Assembly: GCA_913055805.1 (NCBI GenBank)
Contig: CAJXLF010000006.1
Location: 1,735 to 65,734 of the forward strand
From: an uncultured Salinisphaerales bacterium
GTDB taxonomy: Bacteria; Pseudomonadota; Gammaproteobacteria; Nevskiales; CAJXLF01
Direction of reading: 5' to 3'
DNA length: 64,000 nt
Under the pieces are notes generated by a model that made no database searches, had not been told where the DNA came from, and worked only from the letters and a program-made list of their open reading frames with translations. Below, one piece after another: positions 9,998 through 19,834 of the stretch. A program made the translations under genes and the position numbers. The first letter of the stretch is position 1. The number at the start of each line of letters is the position of its first letter.

Positions 9998-10910
9998 CGG
10001 CGGTTTCTCCTTCGATTGCTTTCCCGGTATCGCGGGATTCCTTGGTGACTTGCGAATCAACGGCGGCCAGCAAAGCGTCCCGCATCAACTGCGGGCGTTG
10101 CATGGGCAGGAAATGCGTGGTGCCGGTAACCACCTCGACGCCTGGTGCGAGTTCTCGTGCATCAGGCCCCATGGTTGAATCCGTCTCGCCGGCCAGGATT
10201 CGGGCCGGGCAATCAAGCCCGCGAAACAGTTCAGCAGGGTCGTAATCGTGGTAGGCGTAGGCCAGGACTTCCCATTGCGGCCGGCAGGCCAATGTCACCT
10301 CGCCTTCCGGCGTATCCCGGAATCCCGCGGCGACATAGTCTGCGAGTTCCTCATCGCTCCAGCCCGCAAAAACACCCCGGCCGCGATAACTCGCAATGAC
10401 CGAGGCGCGGTCCGGATAGGTCTCGCGCCGGCGCAGCGTGGCCTTGACCATCGGATCGTCCCAGAGCGGGGTTTGCGCACGCAGCGCCTGCGGCAGCAGC
10501 ACCGGATCGAAAAGCACGAGCGAATAAACGCGTTCCGGTTGCCTGACGGCGGCAATGAGACTGGCGGTTGCGCCCATCGAATGGCCTGCAAGCACCACCG
10601 GGGCATCCACGGCCGCATCCAGCAGCCCCAGCAGGTCATCCGCATGGCCCTGCCAGCGGTTCCACCGGTCCGGATCCGCCGGCAGCGAGGATGCCCCGTG
10701 GCCACGCAGATCCACGGCCAGAATTCTCAGGCTTACCGCGAGCGGCGCCAGCAGGCTTCGATAAGTAAGGGCATTGAGACCGTTGGCGTGGGAGAAAACG
10801 ATATCCACCGGCCGCTCTTGCGGACCGAAATCCAGTGCAGCCATCTCCCCGCCACGGGCGGCAAGATGAAAGCGCCGTAGACGCGGCTCATATGCGCTTG
10901 CGTCGTCCAT
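9984..10910 (-). CDS. Alpha/beta hydrolase
   Basis: It has the nucleophile elbow GHSMGA and VFSHANG. Its stop overlaps the ligase start by 14 nt. Confidence 0.75.
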   Translation of the reverse strand: MDDASAYEPRLRRFHLAARGGEMAALDFGPQERPVDIVFSHANGLNALTYRSLLAPLAVSLRILAVDLRGHGASSLPADPDRWNRWQGHADDLLGLLDAAVDAPVVLAGHSMGATASLIAAVRQPERVYSLVLFDPVLLPQALRAQTPLWDDPMVKATLRRRETYPDRASVIASYRGRGVFAGWSDEELADYVAAGFRDTPEGEVTLACRPQWEVLAYAYHDYDPAELFRGLDCPARILAGETDSTMGPDARELAPGVEVVTGTTHFLPMQRPQLMRDALLAAVDSQVTKESRDTGKAIEGETADVRS

Positions 10911-10934
10911 CGGGATGTGCCTTCTGCCCGGCGC

Positions 10935-12140
10935 CTAGGCGGCGACCACGCTCACCGGTACATGGGCGAAACCACGCACCGTGTTATTAAAGTGCCGGAC
11001 CGGCTCTCCTGCAGGCTTCAACTCTTTCACCCGCTTCGCAAGTTCGCCCAGTAAAACATCCGACTCGGTACGCGCCATCATCTGGCCGATGCAGGTATGC
11101 AGGCCAAAACCGAAACCGACCGATCTGGCCTTGCGTTCGATGTCATAGCGTTCCGGATCCGGGAATTGCGCGGGATCGTGATTGGCGCCTGCAATCGAGA
11201 CCATCAGCTTCTGGTCCTTCTTCATTTGCACCCCGGCGAATTCGATGTCTTCCGCAACACTGCGGTAGACGATAGACGCTGTGGACTCAAAACGCAGTGT
11301 CTCCTCGAAGACCGCCCGCACCAGTCCCGGATCGGCATGCAGCTTCGCCCATTGCCCGGGATAGTCGGAGAGATAACGCAAGGCATTGCCGATCGTTGCG
11401 ATGGTCGTGTCGAGGCCCGCGGTCAGAAAGGAGCGCAGCAGTGTTTCGGCTTCCTCCTCCGAAAACTTCCCCTCATCGACGGCCGAGAAAATTGCAGCCC
11501 CCATGCCACCGGGCGTCAGGGAGCTGCGCTTGCAGGACTGCTGCACCCATTCCACCGCCGACGGTGCTTTTTCCTGCGCCTTTTTCAACAACCAGTTGTC
11601 CGCGCCAAAGGAGTTGAAAGCCAGGTCGCTGTAGACCAGAAGGTTTTCGCGTCCCTCCCTGGGAAGTCCGACAGCATCCGGGAAGACCCGTAAGACGAAA
11701 GCCTCCGCCAGATCCTTCACTGCGTCAAAACTGCCTGCGGCTACCAGCTTGTCGACCAGTTCCGTGGCCCTCGCCTCGAGCTCCGGCCGCACTGATTTGA
11801 CCGCCGCGGTTACTACCGGCGCAACCACGCTTCTGAAGCGTTCGTGATCCGGCGGATCGGTTTCCAGCAGCAGGCTGGGCGGACGCCAGCGCTCCTTGCC
11901 GGGTCCGTCACGCAGACCTGTGCCGTGCCCGGAAATAAACGCCCCCCAGTTATGCAGGGCGCCCTGGACATGCTCATACCGGGCGACTGCCCACATCTGG
12001 TACCTGGGCACCCAGACGGCCTGCCCGGCATCACGTATGGCAGCGGCATAGCCGAACGGCGAATTCAGGGATTCCTCGGAATAGGGATCGATATCCAGAA
12101 CGACGACGTCTCCGGCGGGCTTGTCTACGGTGCTAGTCAT
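10935..12140 (-). CDS. Cytochrome P450
   Basis: It has the heme loop FGFGLHTCIGQ and the ExxR motif (EETLRFES). The ORF-track start at 12152 is a TTG. ATG 12140 has a GGAGAG SD. Confidence 0.9.
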   Translation of the reverse strand: MTSTVDKPAGDVVVLDIDPYSEESLNSPFGYAAAIRDAGQAVWVPRYQMWAVARYEHVQGALHNWGAFISGHGTGLRDGPGKERWRPPSLLLETDPPDHERFRSVVAPVVTAAVKSVRPELEARATELVDKLVAAGSFDAVKDLAEAFVLRVFPDAVGLPREGRENLLVYSDLAFNSFGADNWLLKKAQEKAPSAVEWVQQSCKRSSLTPGGMGAAIFSAVDEGKFSEEEAETLLRSFLTAGLDTTIATIGNALRYLSDYPGQWAKLHADPGLVRAVFEETLRFESTASIVYRSVAEDIEFAGVQMKKDQKLMVSIAGANHDPAQFPDPERYDIERKARSVGFGFGLHTCIGQMMARTESDVLLGELAKRVKELKPAGEPVRHFNNTVRGFAHVPVSVVAA

Positions 12141-12176
12141 AGGTCTCTCCAAACAGTTACAGGACGCCTAGCCCTG

Positions 12177-12938
12177 CTAATTCATTACGAAGCCGCCGTC
12201 GACGATGACGGTTTGTCCCGTCACGAAGGCGCTTTGCGGCGATACCAGATAAAGCAGGGTGCCGACCACATCCTCGGGCACCGCTTCGCGCCTGAGTGCG
12301 CGTCCTGCCGTTGCGGCCTCCAGGGCCTCGCCGCGATAACTCGCGTGATTCCTCAGGTTCTCGGTCATGATCAATCCCGGCGCGATGGCATTCACCCGAA
12401 TCCGGTCCGGCCCCAGTTCACGCGCGGCGCCGCGCGTCATGGCAATCACCCCGCCCTTGGACGCGATGTAGTGCATGTAACCCGGCACACCCTTGAGCGC
12501 GGTGGCTGACGCGATATTGACGATGGCGCCCTCGCCGCGCGCCCGCATCAGGGGCACGGCCGCTTTCATGCAGCAGAATACGCCCCGCAGGTTCACGCGC
12601 ATGACCTGGTCCCATTCCGCTTCGGTGATCTCCAGGAATGGCTTGGCAGTCAGGGCACTGGCGATACCGGCATTGTTGACCAGGATGTCGAGACCGCCGA
12701 ACCTGTCCGCCACCTGTTCCGTGACCGCCGCAATGGATTCCGGGCGGCCGACATCAAGCACCGCGCTCATGGCCTGACCGCCGGCCGACGTAATATCTTC
12801 GACAACAGCGCCGGCATCGGTAATATCCGCCAGAACCACTGCAGCTCCGGCCTGCGCCAGGGCTCGTCCGAAGGCGGCCCCGATTCCCTGGGCGCCTCCC
12901 GTGACCAGCGCAACCTTTCCTGTGAGCATATCTGTCAT
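12177..12938 (-). CDS. SDR family oxidoreductase
   Basis: ORF 12177..13175, trimmed to ATG 12938 (MTDMLTGKVALVTGGAQGIGAA). It has a YxxxK motif (YIASK). Confidence 0.85.
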   Translation of the reverse strand: MTDMLTGKVALVTGGAQGIGAAFGRALAQAGAAVVLADITDAGAVVEDITSAGGQAMSAVLDVGRPESIAAVTEQVADRFGGLDILVNNAGIASALTAKPFLEITEAEWDQVMRVNLRGVFCCMKAAVPLMRARGEGAIVNIASATALKGVPGYMHYIASKGGVIAMTRGAARELGPDRIRVNAIAPGLIMTENLRNHASYRGEALEAATAGRALRREAVPEDVVGTLLYLVSPQSAFVTGQTVIVDGGFVMN

Positions 12939-13090
12939 CAATCTTTCGCCGTGAAAGCCGTTATTGAACCGGAACCGGGTGTCCATGAATCTCCCAGGGA
13001 AGCGGAAGTCGCCGGATACGCAGTTTCGCCATATTCGACGTATATGAAAAATCACTTCGGGCGCTACTAAAAGTACTAAGTTTTCATGGC

Positions 13091-13112
13091 TGCCATACCG
13101 ATATAGCATTCC
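13091..13112. promoter_or_regulatory. Candidate LysR-type box L1 (ATAC-N7-GCAT inside TGCCATACCGATATAGCATTCC)
   Basis: It sits in the divergent promoter region between the SDR operon (start 12938, minus) and the enol-lactonase-like gene (13164, plus). It matches a second copy at 15100-15121 at 18 of 22 positions. Confidence 0.4.
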
Positions 13113-13163
13113 CGATACCTTCATGGTTTTCGTAAGCTTTCGCCCGCTACACAGGAGAAACCC

Positions 13164-13961
13164 ATGAAAGGGCAAGTTCAGACCGAGGACGGCGCAAGCA
13201 TCGCCTTTGACATTGATATCAGCACCCGGAGCGGGGCTGGCATTCCCATCCTCTTCAGCAACTCACTTGCATCCGACAGCACTATCTGGGACGGGGTTAT
13301 CGCGGCCCTGCCCGGCGTGCCCGTCATCCGTTACGACAGCCGCGGGCATGGGCAATCCACTCTGGGCGAACGTTCCGCCGATATCGGCACCCTGGGCAAG
13401 GATGCCCTTGCCGTGCTGGATACCGCGGGGGTGGAGCGGGCCATTGTCTGCGGCCTCTCCCTGGGAGGACTTACCGCGATGTGGCTTGGCGTGCATGCCG
13501 CCGAGCGCACCAGTGGCCTTGTTCTGGCCAATACCGCCGCCAGCTATCCGCCACCGGAAATGTGGCGGGAGCGGTACAACACCGCGCTCGCTGAAGGCAT
13601 GGAACCGCTGGTCGACGCGACGCTGCAGCGCTGGTTCAAGCCTGCGTTCCGTTCTTCCGGCAATCCCGTCGTCGGCAGGATTGTCGACATGATCAAGGCC
13701 ACCGACCCACGCGGCTACGCCGAATGCGCGAGAATTCTGGAAGTAACGGATCTGAATCCGGTACTTCCGCAAATATCCTGTCCGTCACTCGTCATTGCCG
13801 GTGCGCATGACCCTTCCACTCCGCCGAGCCGGGGGCAGGAACTCGTTGACTCCATTCCGGGTGCATCCATGGCATCGCTGGACGCCGCACATATGTCCTG
13901 TGTTGAAGACCCGGGCGGCTTCGCTTCCCTTGTCCGCAACTTCGCCGCAAACTGCACCTGA
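13164..13961 (+). CDS. pcaD: 3-oxoadipate enol-lactonase-like alpha/beta hydrolase
   Basis: Motifs are ILFSNSLASDSTIWD, RYDSRGHGQS, GLSLGG and LVLANTAA...RWF...GY..CA....D, with a C-terminal AAHMSCVEDP. This follows the PcaD family pattern as I recall it. The SD is acaGGAGAaaccc. Confidence 0.65.
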   Translation: MKGQVQTEDGASIAFDIDISTRSGAGIPILFSNSLASDSTIWDGVIAALPGVPVIRYDSRGHGQSTLGERSADIGTLGKDALAVLDTAGVERAIVCGLSLGGLTAMWLGVHAAERTSGLVLANTAASYPPPEMWRERYNTALAEGMEPLVDATLQRWFKPAFRSSGNPVVGRIVDMIKATDPRGYAECARILEVTDLNPVLPQISCPSLVIAGAHDPSTPPSRGQELVDSIPGASMASLDAAHMSCVEDPGGFASLVRNFAANCT

Positions 13962-14104
13962 AAGCCGGCCTCCGCAGGCAGGGCTGGAGATCCAGGTTAC
14001 TGCCGGAATACCGGCTGCCGATTGACTTCCCGGAACAGGCGGCGGATAACTTCAGGCAGGCTGATTAGCGGACGGCAGCACGCCTTCAGGAGGAGAATAC
14101 ATCG

Positions 14105-15064
14105 ATGGACTTACGCCAGATCATGTATTTCCTCAGGGTATACGAGGAGCGGAATTTTACCCGTGCGGCGGAACGCGCCTTTATCGTCCAGCCGGCACTG
14201 AGCCGGCGGATTGCGGCGCTTGAGGAGGAAATCGGTACGCCGCTGTTCGAGCGCGGCCCACGAGGCGTCACCCCTACGCCCACCGGCACCCGCTTTTACG
14301 AACTCATCCTGCCGCTGATCGAGAACCTCTCCCAGATCCAGCAGGAAATCGTTGAACTGGCGCGTTCGGACCATATCACCGGCAAACTGTCCTGTGGATT
14401 TCCGCCGACATTCAGCCGGGCCGTACTGGGCAGCGTAATCTGCAAATTCATGGAAAAGTACCCGGACGTGGAGTTGCAGATCACGGAGGGTTACAGCGGG
14501 CAACTGACCGAGCAGGTACAGGCGGGCGAACTCGACTTCGCACTGGGGCTGGTGCCTTCCGACACCAAGGGGCTTGCCACCGAGTTTGAGTTTGATGAAG
14601 GGCTTGTGCTCATTTCCGGACGTCCCATTGCCGGCCCCTCGTACACGCCCTGCCGCCTTGAGAAAGTCCCCAAACTCAAGCTGGTCATCCCCTCGGCCCG
14701 GAACCTCATCGGGCGCCAGCTGCAGACCTTGATAGACGAAGGCATTGTGCGGCCGTCCCGCATCATGGTGATGGACGCATTCAACGCCAGCTACAATCTC
14801 GTGCGCACTTCGGACTGGGCCCTGGTGGCGCCGGTCAGCGCCGTGGTTTACAACAGCGATCGGGAAGATCTGCATATTTACCCGATTGCGTCGCCGGCCA
14901 TCCGCTACTCCCTGGGCCTGATTCATGAGCGCTCAAAGGCATTGTCAACCGCGGGCTTTGCGCTCATGGAAATGGTTCGGGAAGCGGCCGAGATGATCAG
15001 CCTGGACTGGCGCAAAATACTCGAGGCGCAACGACCCGCCAAAGCTGCGCGCGGTTCAGACTGA
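14105..15064 (+). CDS. LysR family transcriptional regulator
   Basis: The N-terminal wHTH is MDLRQIMYFLRVYEERNFTRAAERAFIVQPALSRRIAALEEEIGTPLFER. Confidence 0.9.
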   Translation: MDLRQIMYFLRVYEERNFTRAAERAFIVQPALSRRIAALEEEIGTPLFERGPRGVTPTPTGTRFYELILPLIENLSQIQQEIVELARSDHITGKLSCGFPPTFSRAVLGSVICKFMEKYPDVELQITEGYSGQLTEQVQAGELDFALGLVPSDTKGLATEFEFDEGLVLISGRPIAGPSYTPCRLEKVPKLKLVIPSARNLIGRQLQTLIDEGIVRPSRIMVMDAFNASYNLVRTSDWALVAPVSAVVYNSDREDLHIYPIASPAIRYSLGLIHERSKALSTAGFALMEMVREAAEMISLDWRKILEAQRPAKAARGSD

Positions 15065-15099
15065 GTCCCGCATTGCGTCCGGTTTTCAGGGCGCATAGT

Positions 15100-15121
15100 T
15101 GCCATACCCAAATATCATTTC
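15100..15121. promoter_or_regulatory. Candidate LysR-type box L2 (ATAC-N7-TCAT inside TGCCATACCCAAATATCATTTC)
   Basis: It lies about 85 nt upstream of the coxL-like start and is homologous to L1. Confidence 0.4.
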
Positions 15122-15203
15122 TCGGCGCCGGCGTCTTCGCCTAGCTTAGACCTCGTGGATTGCCCCATGAGATCGAACGTATGCGAGGAGTTGGTACGGC
15201 GCC

Positions 15204-17549
15204 ATGATCGGAGAGAATGTACGCCGCAAGGAAGATGCCCGTTTTCTGACAGGCAGGGGCCGCTACGTCGAGGACATTCAGTTTCCGGGCATGCTTTACC
15301 TGGGTTTCGTGCGCAGCCCGCATGCGCACGCCAATATCCGGCAGGTTGATCCGTCCGCGGCACGCGCCATACCCGGCGTAGTTGATGTGTTCTGGGCCGG
15401 CAGCCTGCCGGAATTCGACGAGACTCTTCCCGCCATCTTCGGCACTGCGAGTACCGGTCCGTCCTATGTCGACCAGCTGGAGCTGCCGCCGCATCCTGTG
15501 TTCCAGAAACACATCACCTATGTCGGTGAACAAGTTGCCGTTGTCGTCGCCGAATCCCCCTATGCGGCAGCCGATGGCGTAGAGGCGGTCAAGGTCGATT
15601 ACGAGGTTCTGCCGGCGCTGACGGACTGGGCCCAGGCAATGGCGCCGGACGCGCCGCGAATCCATCCGGAATTCTCTAACCGTGCGGCGCATCTCGCGCA
15701 TAGCTATGGCGACGTCGATGCCGCCATGTCCGAAGCCGAGATGGTTATTGAACGGCGCTACGAAACATCCAGCCTCAAATCTGTCGCAATCGAGGGCCGC
15801 GGCGTGGCGGCGCGCTGGGACGGGAATTCCGGCTCGATGGAAATCTGGTCCACGACCCAGATGCATTACGCCGTGCGCGACAGACTCTCTCAAGTACTGA
15901 AGATCGCCCCTGACAACGTTCGTGTCATCGCCCGTGATATTGGCGGCGGTTTCGGACTGAAGGGCGCTTTCTACCCCGAGGACATCGTCGCCCCGGTATT
16001 AGCCCGGCACCTGAATCGTCCGGTGCGCTGGACGGAAACACGCATCGAACACATGCTCTCTTCGAACCATTCGGGCCGGCAGACACATGACGTCAAGGTG
16101 GCTTTCGAGCGCGATGGCCGCATCCGCGCACTTGACCTTGTTCTATACAAGGAGATCGGCGCCTACTGCCACTTCGAAATGATGCTGGCGAGCAATACCA
16201 TCAACCACCTCCCCACCCACTACAGGATTCCGGCACTGCGCGTGGAGGGCTGGGGCATTCTGACCAATACACCCACCGCCAGTCCCTATCGCGGCGCGGG
16301 CCGCCAGGAAGCCAGCTTCACAATGGATCGCATTCTTGATGCGATTGCCCGGGAAACCGGCCTGGACCCGCTGGAGGTGCGCCGCAGGAACCTCGTGCGC
16401 CGGGCGGACATGCCCTACCGCAGCGGCCTCATCTACCGCGACGGGGTTCCCGTGTGCTACGACCATCTGGATTTTGAGCGCCTGCTCGAGACCACGGTTG
16501 AAAAAGGCGATTACGCCGGCTGGCGCAAGCGGCAGGCCGAATGGCGGGCACAGGGGCGGCGCATCGGTATCGGCATCGGCAGCTATGTCGAGGCCGGGGG
16601 CATTGGCCCCTGCGAAGGGGCGAGCGTCGCCATTCAGGCCAACGGCCGTATAGCAGTCAAGATCGGCGTCAATTCCCAGGGCCAGAGCCACGAAACCACG
16701 CTGGCGCAGATCTGCGCCAAAGCGCTCGGCGCCGACTATACCGAGATAGATGTATTGGGGGGTGATACAAAAATGCTGCGCACTGGCTTCGGTACGGGCG
16801 CGAGCCGTGTCGCGGTCAATACCGGCAACGCGGTTCACCTGGCATCGCTGAGTGTGCGCAAAAAGCTGGTGACCATGGCGGCAATCCTGCTCAAGTGCGA
16901 GGAAGGCGACATCAAAATCGAGAGCGGTGCGGTATACGCCAGGGACAACCCGCAGAAGATAATGCGTTTCGGCGAAATGGCGCTCGCCTGTTCGCGGCAT
17001 CCTGCCATGGCCAGCCACGGCGGTCCGGATCTTGAAGCGACGGAATTCTTCTATCCACCCACCGTCGTGTGGTCAAGCGGCGTCAACCTGGCGGTCGTCG
17101 AACTGGATGCCGATTCGGGACGAGTCGATATCCTGAAATACCTGTTTGTGCATGACAGCGGGGAGCCGCTGCATCCCCAGGTGGTGGAAGGTCAGCTGTC
17201 CGGCGGCTTCGCCCAGGGCTTTGGCGCCGCCATGGGCGAGCGGGTGGCATACGCCGCCGATGGCCAGCCGCTTTCAGCATCCCTGCTCGACTACTACGTG
17301 CCGCGCGCGACGGATATCCCGGATGTTGAATATATCCATTTCGCCTTTCCGACCCCGGACAACCCGCTCGGCATCAAGGCCGTCGGCGAAAGCGGTCCGA
17401 ACGCCCCGCCGGCCACCCTGGCATCGGCGATCAATGATGCACTGGGCAACGACATCGAAATCACGGAATTGCCGGTCCGCTGGAACCATATCGTTGGCGT
17501 ACTGCGCAACGCCCCCGCCTCCCGGATCAACGCCGGTGGAATGTCATGA
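15204..17549 (+). CDS. Molybdopterin-binding large subunit, xanthine dehydrogenase/CoxL family (form II-type)
   Basis: The N-terminus is MIGENVRRKEDARFLTGRGRYVEDI. The active-site loop reads SPYRGAGRQEA, which is the form II AYRGAGR type rather than the form I AYxCSFR type. Confidence 0.85.
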   Translation: MIGENVRRKEDARFLTGRGRYVEDIQFPGMLYLGFVRSPHAHANIRQVDPSAARAIPGVVDVFWAGSLPEFDETLPAIFGTASTGPSYVDQLELPPHPVFQKHITYVGEQVAVVVAESPYAAADGVEAVKVDYEVLPALTDWAQAMAPDAPRIHPEFSNRAAHLAHSYGDVDAAMSEAEMVIERRYETSSLKSVAIEGRGVAARWDGNSGSMEIWSTTQMHYAVRDRLSQVLKIAPDNVRVIARDIGGGFGLKGAFYPEDIVAPVLARHLNRPVRWTETRIEHMLSSNHSGRQTHDVKVAFERDGRIRALDLVLYKEIGAYCHFEMMLASNTINHLPTHYRIPALRVEGWGILTNTPTASPYRGAGRQEASFTMDRILDAIARETGLDPLEVRRRNLVRRADMPYRSGLIYRDGVPVCYDHLDFERLLETTVEKGDYAGWRKRQAEWRAQGRRIGIGIGSYVEAGGIGPCEGASVAIQANGRIAVKIGVNSQGQSHETTLAQICAKALGADYTEIDVLGGDTKMLRTGFGTGASRVAVNTGNAVHLASLSVRKKLVTMAAILLKCEEGDIKIESGAVYARDNPQKIMRFGEMALACSRHPAMASHGGPDLEATEFFYPPTVVWSSGVNLAVVELDADSGRVDILKYLFVHDSGEPLHPQVVEGQLSGGFAQGFGAAMGERVAYAADGQPLSASLLDYYVPRATDIPDVEYIHFAFPTPDNPLGIKAVGESGPNAPPATLASAINDALGNDIEITELPVRWNHIVGVLRNAPASRINAGGMS

Positions 17550-18106
17550 GCGCTCACGATATTACGCTGCATATCAACGGTAAACGCCATGACTGCAGGG
17601 TGGAGGCGCGCACCCTGCTGGTACACCTGTTACGCGAAAAGCTGGGTTTGACAGGCACCCATGTCGGCTGCGACACGACCCAATGCGGCGCCTGCACCAT
17701 CAGCCTCGATGACCGGGCCGTGAAGTCCTGCACCATCCTAGCGGTACAGGCAGACGGCTGCGACATCGTCACCATCGAGGGCATGGCCGGCGAGAACGGA
17801 GAACTGCATGCGATCCAGGAGGCGTTCAGCCTGGAGCACGGCCTGCAGTGCGGATTCTGCACCCCCGGCATGGTGATGAGTACCCGCCAGCTCCTGGCGC
17901 GCTATCCCGATGCGGAGGTAGATGAAATCCGCCACCAGCTTGAAGGCAACATCTGCCGCTGCACCGGATATCACAACATTATCAAGGCCGTGCAGCGTGC
18001 CGCCGCGCAAGCGAGATCCTCCGCAGACGGCCGGGAACCTGCCGTTACGAAGCATGCGGCGCCTTATCCGACCGACCTGCACCAGCGCCGTCACCACGGG
18101 TCTTAG
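17546..18106 (+). CDS. (2Fe-2S)-binding small subunit (CoxS-like)
   Basis: Motifs are CDTTQCGACT, CGFCTPG and CRCTGY. It overlaps the large-subunit stop by 4 nt. Confidence 0.9.
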   Translation: MSAHDITLHINGKRHDCRVEARTLLVHLLREKLGLTGTHVGCDTTQCGACTISLDDRAVKSCTILAVQADGCDIVTIEGMAGENGELHAIQEAFSLEHGLQCGFCTPGMVMSTRQLLARYPDAEVDEIRHQLEGNICRCTGYHNIIKAVQRAAAQARSSADGREPAVTKHAAPYPTDLHQRRHHGS

Positions 18107-18115
18107 GCGGAATCC

Positions 18116-18997
18116 ATGTACCCGGCTCCCTTCGACTACCACCGCCCGGACGATATCGCGGACGCCCTCGCGCTACTCGACAGCCACGGCGACGACGCCC
18201 GGATACTGGCCGGCGGATTCTCGCTGATTCCGGCCATGAAGCTGCGCATGATGCAGCCGGCACACCTGATCGATATTGGCGGCATTGACATACTGAAAGG
18301 CGTGCGCATCGAAAACGACGCCCTGTCTATCGGCGCCATGACCACTCATTGGGAGATCGAGAGTTCGCCGCTGGTGGCCGAATGGTTTCCCGCGTTGGCG
18401 CAGGCAGCCGGCGTCATTGCCGATGCGCAAGTCCGCAACTGCGGCACCATCGGCGGCTCACTCGCCTACTCCGATCCATCGGCCGATTACCCCGCCCTCA
18501 TTCTTGCATTGAACGCCAGGCTGGTGACAATCAGCCTGCATGGCGGCAATGTCATCGATGCGATGAACTGGCAACAGGGCTTGCTTACGACCGCACTGGA
18601 ACCCGGGGAAATCCTGATCGACATCCGCTTTCCGAAGCCGCCAGCGCGAACCGGGTCGGCCTACATCAAGATTCCGCACCCCGCCTCCCGCTTCGCGGTG
18701 ATCGGCGTTGCCGTGTCGGTCACCCTGGGCGAGGACGGCAAGGCCCGCGACCTGCGAATTGGCGTGACGGGCACCAGCACCACCGCCTGCCGTGCACTGG
18801 CCATGGAACAGGCCCTTGAGGGCCATAACCTGACCCGCGATGCGGTCGAAGCGGCAAGCCACCTGGCTGACGAAGGCATCGAGTTCAACGACGACCAGCT
18901 CCTGTCGGCCGGGGATCGCGCATACCTGTGCCGGACCACGGCACGCGAGGCGGTGCTTGCGGCCTGGGCACGGGCACGGAATAAGGCATCGGCATGA
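18116..18997 (+). CDS. FAD-binding medium subunit (CoxM-like)
   Basis: It has ILAGGFSLIP and the organisation of a molybdopterin-dehydrogenase FAD-binding domain. Confidence 0.85.
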   Translation: MYPAPFDYHRPDDIADALALLDSHGDDARILAGGFSLIPAMKLRMMQPAHLIDIGGIDILKGVRIENDALSIGAMTTHWEIESSPLVAEWFPALAQAAGVIADAQVRNCGTIGGSLAYSDPSADYPALILALNARLVTISLHGGNVIDAMNWQQGLLTTALEPGEILIDIRFPKPPARTGSAYIKIPHPASRFAVIGVAVSVTLGEDGKARDLRIGVTGTSTTACRALAMEQALEGHNLTRDAVEAASHLADEGIEFNDDQLLSAGDRAYLCRTTAREAVLAAWARARNKASA

Positions 18998-19833
18998 GAG
19001 AACTCAACGGGAAAGTCGTACTGATCACCGGCGGCGCCAGCGGCATCGGCCAGGGCATGGCCCGGGCATTTGCCGAATCCGGGGCGCAGGTCGTCATCGC
19101 CGACGTGGACGAGGCACAGGGAAGAAAAGTCGCCGACGCCCTGAATCAACGCGCCTGCAAGGCCTTATACATCGCTCTGGACGTGACCGATCGCGAGGAT
19201 TGGCGCCGTGCCCGGCAGGACATTGAAAGCCGCCTGGCGCCCGTTGACATCCTTTGCAATAACGCAGGCGCCAGCGCACTGAATATGCCGGTTTCAGGCC
19301 TCTCGCCGGATACCTGGGATCGTACCGTTCAACTCAACCTGACCTCCGTATACAACGGCGTGGCTGAATTCGTGCCGGGCATGTGCGAGCGCGGCAGCGG
19401 CCATATCGTCAATACCGCATCCATTGCCGGCCTGATCGCGGGTATTCCCGATGCCTCAGCCTACACCGCGACCAAGTTCGGCGTAGTCGGTCTGTCCGAG
19501 ACGCTTGCCGCCGAACTCGCGCCGCATGACATCGGCGTAACCATTGTCTGCCCGGGTGCGGTGCGCACTGCCCTGTGGAAGACCTCGCGCTCCGCCCTGG
19601 GCCTGCCGCCTGCCGACCCCGACAAGGCAGCGGCCTCACCTTCCGCATCGCCGGACGCCATGGACCCGGATCTGCTTGGAAGGCTGATCCGCGACGCGGT
19701 ACAGGACAACCAGCGTTATGTGATAACGCACCCGGAATATGACACAGCGATAGAAACACGTTTCTTAGCTATCCGGCAGGCATCTGCATGGACACAGACT
19801 GCTCTGCTCAAACATTCGCCAAAAGGAGAATAG
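18994..19833 (+). CDS. SDR family oxidoreductase
   Basis: Motifs are ITGGASGIGQG and YTATK (YxxxK). It overlaps the coxM-like stop. Confidence 0.85.
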   Translation: MRELNGKVVLITGGASGIGQGMARAFAESGAQVVIADVDEAQGRKVADALNQRACKALYIALDVTDREDWRRARQDIESRLAPVDILCNNAGASALNMPVSGLSPDTWDRTVQLNLTSVYNGVAEFVPGMCERGSGHIVNTASIAGLIAGIPDASAYTATKFGVVGLSETLAAELAPHDIGVTIVCPGAVRTALWKTSRSALGLPPADPDKAAASPSASPDAMDPDLLGRLIRDAVQDNQRYVITHPEYDTAIETRFLAIRQASAWTQTALLKHSPKGE

Positions 19834-19834
19834 G

